Assembly (NCBI GenBank): GCA_031366795.1
Contig: JANLOX010000234.1
Coordinates: 1 to 11,240 of the forward strand
Source of the DNA: Candidatus Eiseniibacteriota bacterium
GTDB taxonomy: Bacteria; Eisenbacteria; RBG-16-71-46
DNA: 11,240 nucleotides
Reading direction: 5' to 3'
Made by a program: the position numbers and the translations under genes. Below are positions 1 to 6,162 of the stretch, piece after piece. The notes beneath the pieces were generated by a model that saw only the letters and a list, made by a program, of their open reading frames with translations, was not told where the DNA came from and searched no databases. Each line of letters begins with the position of its first letter. Position 1 is the stretch's first letter.

Positions 1-2
1 CC

Positions 3-1646
3 CGCCTCGTGAAGGTTGGCGACGAGAAGCTCAAGGACGGCAAGTTGTCGGGCGCCGATGCGGCAGAGCGCGCCGAAGCGCTCGGTGAAGAGCTTGCCGG
101 GAAGCCGGCGCGCGTCGCGGGCATCGAAGTGCGCCCCAAGCGCGAGGGCGCCAAGCCGCCGTTCATCACCAGCACGCTGCAGCAGGTGGCGAGCAACCGG
201 CTCGGTTTCACCAGCCAGCGCACCATGCAGGTGGCGCAGAAGCTGTATGAAGGTATCGATGTGCAGGGCCAGGGTAGCGTCGGTCTCATCACGTATATGC
301 GTACCGACTCGCCGCGTTTGGCCGATGAAGCGCTCGGCGAGATCCGCGCCTGGTTGGGGACCGAGTTCGGCCCGGAATACGTGCCCGAGCAACCGAATGT
401 GTACAAGGGCAAGAAGAGCGCGCAGGACGCGCACGAAGCAATCCGGCCGACGTCGACCGAGCGCACGCCCGCATCGCTGCGGCCGTTCCTCACCGACGAG
501 CAGTTCAAACTGTATGACCTGATCTGGAAGCGCGCGGTCGCCTCGCAGTCGACGCCGGCGCTGAAAGACCTGACTTCGGTCGACATCGAATCGGGCCGCC
601 TGGGGCTGCGCGCCTCGGGCAGCGTGCTGCGCTTCCCCGGCTGGCTGCGGGTCTATGGGCGCGACGAAGATGACGAAGTCGATGAGGGCCGCCTGCCCGA
701 CCTGACGCAGGACGAGAAGCTGACGGTCGCCGGCGATCCGGTGGGCGAGAACGAAGCGACGCTGCGTCCCGAGCAGCACTTCACGCAGCCGCCCGCGCGT
801 TACACCGACGCCTCGCTGATCAAGACGCTCGAAGAGCAGAACATCGGACGTCCGAGCACCTACGCCACCATTGTCACCACCATCACCAAGCGCGACTACA
901 CCGAGCGGGAGGGACGCTCGCTCAAGCCCACAGATCTCGGCATGCTGGTGAACGGCCTGCTCGTCGACACCTTCCCCGACGTGTTTAACGTAGAGTTCAC
1001 CGCCGGCATGGAAGCAGAGCTCGACGAAGTTGAGGAGGGCAAGCGCGAGTGGCAGTCGGTGGTGCGCGATCTGTGGAACCCGCTGTCGCACGATCTCGAG
1101 AAGGCGAAGAAGAAGACCAAGGAGATCAAGGCGAGCCTGCAGCAGCCGACCGACATCACCTGTCCCTCGTGCGGCCTGCATAAGCTGGTCAAGAAGTTCG
1201 GGCGCAACGGCGCGTTCCTCGCATGCCCCGGCTACCCGGAGTGCAAGCACACGCAGCCGCTCGACGCTTCCGAACTGCCGGTGCCCGTCGAAGGCACCTG
1301 CCCGACGTGCGGCGCGGGGCTCGTGGCGCGCAATGGCCCCTTCGGGCGCTACATCCACTGCGTGCGCCGGCCCGAGTGCAAGTACACGCAACCCTTCACG
1401 CTGGGCGTGACCTGCCCGCAGTGCGGCCTGGGCCAAATCGCCGAGAAGCGCAGCCGCAAGGGCAAGACGTTCTACTCATGCACGCGCTACCCGGAATGCA
1501 CCTATGCCATTTGGGACCGTCCGCGCGTGACGCCGTGCCCGAACTGCAATGCGCCGTTCATGGTCGAGAAGGTGTCGCGCAAGGGTATGTCCCTGCGCTG
1601 CCTTGCCTGCAAGTATTCGGTGGAGGTGGAGCCCGCGGGTGCGTAA
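3..1646 (+). CDS. topA: DNA topoisomerase I (type IA), 5'-truncated by the window edge
   Basis: Frame open from position 3. Type IA motifs PPFITSTLQQ, AQKLYEG, GLITYMRTDS (catalytic Tyr codon 294-296), AQDAHEAIRPT and IGRPSTYA are present. Four C-terminal Cys4 zinc ribbons follow (CPSC..CPGYPEC, CPTC..CVRRPEC, CPQC..CTRYPEC, CPNC..CLAC). Stop TAA 1644-1646. Confidence 0.98.
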   Translation, partial: RLVKVGDEKLKDGKLSGADAAERAEALGEELAGKPARVAGIEVRPKREGAKPPFITSTLQQVASNRLGFTSQRTMQVAQKLYEGIDVQGQGSVGLITYMRTDSPRLADEALGEIRAWLGTEFGPEYVPEQPNVYKGKKSAQDAHEAIRPTSTERTPASLRPFLTDEQFKLYDLIWKRAVASQSTPALKDLTSVDIESGRLGLRASGSVLRFPGWLRVYGRDEDDEVDEGRLPDLTQDEKLTVAGDPVGENEATLRPEQHFTQPPARYTDASLIKTLEEQNIGRPSTYATIVTTITKRDYTEREGRSLKPTDLGMLVNGLLVDTFPDVFNVEFTAGMEAELDEVEEGKREWQSVVRDLWNPLSHDLEKAKKKTKEIKASLQQPTDITCPSCGLHKLVKKFGRNGAFLACPGYPECKHTQPLDASELPVPVEGTCPTCGAGLVARNGPFGRYIHCVRRPECKYTQPFTLGVTCPQCGLGQIAEKRSRKGKTFYSCTRYPECTYAIWDRPRVTPCPNCNAPFMVEKVSRKGMSLRCLACKYSVEVEPAGA

Positions 1647-2526
1647 TGCACTCGAGCTCTTCCTGGGCGAGCTGGTTGCCCAGCGGCGCGTGTCCCCGCA
1701 TACGCTCGCGGCCTACCGGCGCGAAGTCGAACGTGCGCTCGACCATGCCGCGGTTCCCGGCAAGCCGGTGAAGCCGTCCGCGTGGACGACCGAACTGCTC
1801 GGCCGCGTGCAGCGCGAACTGTGGGCCCGCCACCTGGCGCCCGCGAGTGTGTCGCGCGCGCTGGCGGCGTGGCGCAGTTTCTCGCGCTTCTGCGTGCGCC
1901 GCGGCATCCTGGCCGCCGACCCGTCCGCGAGCCTGCCGTTCCCGCGATTGCCCAAACGGCTGCCGCGCACCCTGCCGGCCGAGGCACTCGGCGAAGCGCT
2001 CGATCGGATCACCGGCGATGAGGGTGCGCCACGTGACCGCGCGTTACTCGAGTTGGCGTACTCCTCGGGGTTGCGGTTGTCGGAACTCGTGGGCGTTAAC
2101 CACGGCGACCTCGACCGCGGCGCCCATGTATTGCGGGTGCGTGGCAAGGGCCGGCGTGAGCGTATCGTGCCGGTGGGAGACGCGGCACTCGCCGCGATTG
2201 ACCGCTACGTGCAATCGCTTGGTGATGCTGGCGGCAAAGCGACGCGCGGCGAGGATCCGTTGTTCCGTGGACCCCGCGGCAGGCTGTCCGGGCGCACCGT
2301 TCAGCGCATCGTGCTGGCCAGGCTCGCCGGTGTTGCCGCGGGCCTGGGCGTGACACCGCATGCATTACGGCATTCGTTCGCCAGCCACCTGCTGGATCGC
2401 GGCGCGGACCTGCGCGCCATTCAGGAGCTGCTCGGCCATCGCTCTTTGGCCACGACCCAGATCTATACGCACGTCTCGCGAAGTCGTTTGCGAAAAGCGT
2501 ATACGCAGGCGCATCCCCGTGCTTAA
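1639..2526 (+). CDS. xerC: Tyrosine recombinase XerC (~295 aa)
   Basis: Full R-K-H-R-H-Y catalytic set: YSSGLRLSEL, RGKG, PHALRHSFASHLL, IQELLGH, TTQIYTH, with C-terminal AHPRA. Start reassigned from the track's 1549 to GTG 1639 (GGAGG at 1622-1626; 8-nt overlap with topA). XerC rather than XerD rests on the position after topA and the motif style. Confidence 0.9.
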   Translation: MRNALELFLGELVAQRRVSPHTLAAYRREVERALDHAAVPGKPVKPSAWTTELLGRVQRELWARHLAPASVSRALAAWRSFSRFCVRRGILAADPSASLPFPRLPKRLPRTLPAEALGEALDRITGDEGAPRDRALLELAYSSGLRLSELVGVNHGDLDRGAHVLRVRGKGRRERIVPVGDAALAAIDRYVQSLGDAGGKATRGEDPLFRGPRGRLSGRTVQRIVLARLAGVAAGLGVTPHALRHSFASHLLDRGADLRAIQELLGHRSLATTQIYTHVSRSRLRKAYTQAHPRA

Positions 2527-3571
2527 GCCTCGCCTGGGAGCTCCGATTTCTGCGTTGGCGCTCGTGTGCGTACTCGCGGCGGGCTGCGCCAAGCGCGAGC
2601 CGCCTTCGGGAGGGCCGCCCGATATCATTCCGCCGCGCCTGCACTCGAGCTCGCCGGACTCCGGCGCGGCGGGGGTTGCGGTCGACGCAAAGCTGTCGCT
2701 GACCTTCACCGAGTCGATGGAGCCGCGCTCCACGCAGGAGGCGGTGCAGATCGCGCCGGCCGTCGGGATTCGCCAGCGGCACTGGAGCGGCCGCACGCTA
2801 TCGCTGGTGCTTGAGGAACCGTTGAAGACCGATCATGTCTACACGCTGTTCGTTGGCGGCACCGCGCGCGACCGCCACGGCAACAACATGACTTCGGGAG
2901 CGACGATCGCCTTCAGCACGGGCGCGGTGTTTCCCAGCGGCGCGATCGAAGGCGAGGTCGAGTCGCGGGGCTTCGAATCGGCGGGCACCTACCTGTGGTG
3001 CTACGACTCACACCGCACCGGCGTGCCCGACAGCACGGCGCGCGACTTCGACGCGCTCGGGCTGGTGGACGGCTCGAACCACTTCCGCATCCAGGGCCTT
3101 AAAGTACCCGGCAGCTACCGGATCTGGGCATTCGCGGACATCGACCTGAACCGCTCGTTCGATCCTGAGCGCGACGTGTTGGCGCCCGTCGACACGACGC
3201 TCCAGCTCACTGCGGAGCACCCTGTCGCTGGCCCGATCAAGCTGCGTCTGCTCAACCCCCGCGCGCCTGCGACCTTCCATGGGACCGTGCTAGACTCGCT
3301 CCACGACAGTCTCGGAGTAACGCGAATCCTGGCGGTCTCGACGAAGGATTCGACGCTGGTCGGGCTTGCGGATGTCGACAAAGATGGCAAGTTCGAGATG
3401 TCGTTGAAGGCCGGCACCTGGCGCGTGCGCGCGTTCCAGGACGAGGACCGCAACCGCGAGTGGCAGGCGGCGAAGGAACCCGCGAGCGCGCCGCTCGAGA
3501 TCACGCTCGAGCCGGCGGCTGAAGTCAGTGACGTGAAGCTGGTGCTCCGGGGCCGAACCGGATCGCCTTGA
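2519..3571 (+). CDS. Lipoprotein with N-terminal bacterial Ig-like (Big_5-type) domain and two C-terminal beta-sandwich repeats (~350 aa)
   Basis: Likely GTG start at 2519 gives a hydrophobic signal with lipobox LAAG-C (Cys23, codon 2585-2587). It is followed by CAKREPPSGGPPDIIPP and LTFTESM...Y...ARDRHGN...FSTG, typical of FCB-group Big_5 lipoproteins. Repeated G-(S/T)-(Y/W)-R-x-x-A-F-x-D-x-D-x-N-R motifs at 3110-3175 and 3413-3481. The track start at 2360 lies inside xerC and is probably spurious. Confidence 0.85.
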   Translation: MLKPRLGAPISALALVCVLAAGCAKREPPSGGPPDIIPPRLHSSSPDSGAAGVAVDAKLSLTFTESMEPRSTQEAVQIAPAVGIRQRHWSGRTLSLVLEEPLKTDHVYTLFVGGTARDRHGNNMTSGATIAFSTGAVFPSGAIEGEVESRGFESAGTYLWCYDSHRTGVPDSTARDFDALGLVDGSNHFRIQGLKVPGSYRIWAFADIDLNRSFDPERDVLAPVDTTLQLTAEHPVAGPIKLRLLNPRAPATFHGTVLDSLHDSLGVTRILAVSTKDSTLVGLADVDKDGKFEMSLKAGTWRVRAFQDEDRNREWQAAKEPASAPLEITLEPAAEVSDVKLVLRGRTGSP

Positions 3572-3583
3572 CTGAGTGGCAGC

Positions 3584-3589
3584 GAGGGA
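3584..3589 (+). promoter_or_regulatory. Shine-Dalgarno site for dapF
   Basis: GAGGGA 9 nt upstream of ATG 3599, within the 27-nt intergenic gap. Confidence 0.5.
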
Positions 3590-3598
3590 CAGGCGGCG

Positions 3599-4441
3599 AT
3601 GGCGATTCCATTCCTGAAGATGCAAGGCGCCGCCAATGACTTCGTCGTCATCGATCACCGCCACACGTTCCTTCCCGCGGATGTGAGCCCGCTGGTGCGG
3701 CAGTGGTGTGACCGCCGCCGCGGTGTCGGTGCCGACGGCGTGCTGCTGCTCGAGCGCTCCCGTATTGCCGATGCCGCCATGCGCTACTTCAACGCCGATG
3801 GCGGCGCCGCCGAGTACTGCGGCAACGGCGCGCGTTGCATGGCGCGCTACGCGCTTGACTTGGGATTGGGCCGCGAGGGCAGCGTTATGCTGGAGACGGC
3901 AGCCGGGATCCAGCGGGGCCGACGGGCCGGGACGGGAATCGAAATCCACTTCGGCCACGTCGCGCCGCCCAGCGAGCCGTGGGTGGTCGATGCCTGTGGC
4001 CGCAGCTTCAAGGGGCGCTACGTGCAGTCGGGGGTTCCGCACTTCGTCGTCGAGAGCGAGGCGCTCGGCAGCGTGGATCTCGACGCTTGGGGTAGCGGCC
4101 TCCGGCACCATGCGCGCTTTGGCGCCGCGGGAGCCAACGTCGACTTCGTTGCCCGGCGAGCGGCCGGCGTCATCGCCATGCGCACCTACGAGCGCGGCGT
4201 CGAGGGTGAGACACTGGCCTGCGGCAGCGGGGCGATCGCGAGCGCGTTGTGGGCTGCCGCCTCAGGGGCGCCTGCTCCCGTGCGCGTGGCAACCGCCGGC
4301 GGGGACGAATTGATCGTGGGCTTCATGCAGGACGAAGACGGGTATGATGTGACCCTGACAGGGCCGGCCGAAGTGGCGTTCCGTGGCGAATGGCGCGAGG
4401 TGGGAGAATCCGTTCCCGCCGCTGCGCGAGGAGGTGCATGA
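3599..4441 (+). CDS. dapF: Diaminopimelate epimerase
   Basis: N-terminal FLKMQGAANDF, CDRRRGVGADG and NVDF motifs. Both catalytic Cys motifs are present (FNADGGAAEYCGNGARC; RTYERGVEGETLACGSGA). C-terminal LTGPA..F.G. Confidence 0.97.
   Translation: MAIPFLKMQGAANDFVVIDHRHTFLPADVSPLVRQWCDRRRGVGADGVLLLERSRIADAAMRYFNADGGAAEYCGNGARCMARYALDLGLGREGSVMLETAAGIQRGRRAGTGIEIHFGHVAPPSEPWVVDACGRSFKGRYVQSGVPHFVVESEALGSVDLDAWGSGLRHHARFGAAGANVDFVARRAAGVIAMRTYERGVEGETLACGSGAIASALWAAASGAPAPVRVATAGGDELIVGFMQDEDGYDVTLTGPAEVAFRGEWREVGESVPAAARGGA
4429..4434 (+). promoter_or_regulatory. Shine-Dalgarno site for dapA
   Basis: AGGAGG inside the 3' end of dapF, 6 nt before ATG 4441. Confidence 0.65.
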
Positions 4442-5334
4442 TGTTCGAAGGTCTGATGGTGGCGATGGTGACGCCGTTCCGCGATGGCGCGCTCGATCTC
4501 GAAGCGACGGCGCGATTGATCGAGACCATGCTCGAAGGCGGCGTGGAAGGCCTGGTCGTCTCGGGCTCGACGGGTGAAGCGGCGACGTGCTCGCTCGATG
4601 AGCGGCGCGCGTTGTGGGCGTTCGTGCACGAGCGCGCGCGCGGTCGCGTGCCGGTCGTCGCCGGCACGGGCACCAACAACACCGCCGAAAGCATCACGAA
4701 CACGCGTATCGCCGAGGAGTTGGGGCTCGACGGCGCGATGCTGGTGACGCCCTATTACAACCGGCCGGGAGTGCGCGGGCAGGTCGAGCACTTCGCCACG
4801 GTGGCCAAGTCCACGCGGCTGCCCATCATCCTCTATAACGTGCCCTCGCGCACCGCGACCAATAGCATGCCTGAGGTATTCGAGAAGCTGGCGGGTGTGC
4901 CGAACATCGTCGCGGTCAAGGAAGCTTCGGGCAGCCTCGACCAGGCGGGTGCCATCGCCGCGCGTACGAAGCTGACGCTGCTGTCGGGCGACGATTCGCT
5001 GACGTTGCCCATCATCGCGGTGGGCGGACAGGGCGTGATTTCCGTGGCGGGCAACGTGGCGCCGCGCGAGATGCGCGCGCTGTGTGATCACGCCCGCGCC
5101 GGCAGGAACGCTGAAGCCATCGCGGCGCACCAACGGATGCAGCCGCTGCTCAAGGCGTTGTTCATCGAATCGAACCCGGCGCCGGCCAAGTACCTGCTGT
5201 CGGCGATGGGCATCTGTGCGAACGAACTGCGCTTGCCGCTCGTCACGGTCGAGCCGGCGAACGAGCAGCTCATTTTGGGCGCGGCCAGCGCGCTGGGCCT
5301 GGCGCTCGAGCCCGCGGCCGGAGCGCAACGGTGA
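4441..5334 (+). CDS. dapA: 4-hydroxy-tetrahydrodipicolinate synthase
   Basis: AMVTPF, GSTGE, TPYYNRP, LYNVPSRT (catalytic Tyr), AVKEASG (Schiff-base Lys), LSGDD, LFIESNP, LRLPL. Tandem ATGs at 4438 and 4441; 4441 has the better spacing from the AGGAGG. Confidence 0.97.
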   Translation: MFEGLMVAMVTPFRDGALDLEATARLIETMLEGGVEGLVVSGSTGEAATCSLDERRALWAFVHERARGRVPVVAGTGTNNTAESITNTRIAEELGLDGAMLVTPYYNRPGVRGQVEHFATVAKSTRLPIILYNVPSRTATNSMPEVFEKLAGVPNIVAVKEASGSLDQAGAIAARTKLTLLSGDDSLTLPIIAVGGQGVISVAGNVAPREMRALCDHARAGRNAEAIAAHQRMQPLLKALFIESNPAPAKYLLSAMGICANELRLPLVTVEPANEQLILGAASALGLALEPAAGAQR

Positions 5335-6137
5335 TATCGCTCGCGCTCGTCGGGGCCCATGGCCGCATGGGCAGGGCGATCGAGCAGGCCGCCGCGGGAG
5401 CCGCTGATCTGGTGATCTTCGCTCGTGTTGAGAATGGTGTCGCCGAGCGCCTCGAATTGCCCGGAGCAAAACGCCCGCAGCCGGTGTATGACGGGCCGCT
5501 AGCCACTGGCCTTGGCTGGGTGGCAAGATCCGGTGACGTGGTGATCGAATTCAGCACGCCGGCGGGATTTCGCGCCACCGCAGCCGTGTGCCGGGAATTG
5601 AAACTGCCGCTCGTGAGCGGCACGACAGGGCTCGAGCCCGCGGACGAAGCGTTGCTCGACTCGCTGGCCGCCACAGTGCCGGTGCTGCGCGCCTCGAACT
5701 TCAGCATCGGCGTCGCGGCGCTGCGTCGCGCGCTCAAGATTGCCCTGGCCAGCGTGCCGGAAAGTTGGGATATCGAGATCGTGGAGCGTCACCATCGTGC
5801 CAAGGCCGACAGTCCCTCGGGCACCGCGCTGACGCTGGCGGCGGACGTCGCTGCGGCTCGCGAGTGGGGGGACGATGCGCTGCAGCACGGGCGCCACGGA
5901 CGTCTGGGGCCGAGGCCCTCGCGCCAGATCGGCATGCATGCGGTTCGCGGCGGCAGCTGGGTCGGCGACCACACCATCCTGCTCGCCGGCTCAGGGGAGT
6001 CGCTGGAACTCCGGCATGTCGCCGAAGACCGCTCGGCGTTCGCGCTGGGTGCATTGGCCGCAGCGCGGTTTGTCGCCACGGCAAAGCCCGGACGCTACGC
6101 CATCGAGGATGCACTACCGCCCGCCGGCCGCGGCTGA
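5331..6137 (+). CDS. dapB: 4-hydroxy-tetrahydrodipicolinate reductase
   Basis: Rossmann VGAHGRMG, SGTTG, ASNFSIGV, signature IVERHHRAKADSPSGTA, HAVRGG..VGDH and H.A.DR.AFA.GAL. GTGA start/stop overlap with dapA; GGAG at 5320-5323. Confidence 0.97.
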   Translation: MISLALVGAHGRMGRAIEQAAAGAADLVIFARVENGVAERLELPGAKRPQPVYDGPLATGLGWVARSGDVVIEFSTPAGFRATAAVCRELKLPLVSGTTGLEPADEALLDSLAATVPVLRASNFSIGVAALRRALKIALASVPESWDIEIVERHHRAKADSPSGTALTLAADVAAAREWGDDALQHGRHGRLGPRPSRQIGMHAVRGGSWVGDHTILLAGSGESLELRHVAEDRSAFALGALAAARFVATAKPGRYAIEDALPPAGRG

Positions 6138-6162
6138 TCCCCAGCGCTTGAGGAATCCGCCG

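Noticed and set aside
1549..2518. Track starts at 1549 (xerC) and 2360 (lipoprotein); likewise 4390 for dapA
   Set aside because: They lie deep inside the upstream genes. Family-typical N-termini begin at 1639, 2519 and 4438/4441.
1639..2526. Tyrosine recombinase as a phage/island integrase or integron integrase
   Set aside because: It has XerC size and motifs, overlaps topA, and lacks an arm-binding extension or IntI insertion. No tRNA, att repeats, attC cassettes or compositional shift are visible.
4186..5526. 446-aa antisense ORF and other long minus-strand ORFs (e.g. 7672-8799, 5734-6633, 9888-10748)
   Set aside because: They mirror well-supported + strand genes, are Arg/Ala/Gly-rich with no motifs, and are expected from stop-codon scarcity at high GC.
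5875..6162. 96-codon N-terminal extension of the Omp85 ORF in the track
   Set aside because: It overlaps dapB out of frame and reads as shadow sequence. The signal peptide and RBS point to TTG 6163 (6148 is possible).
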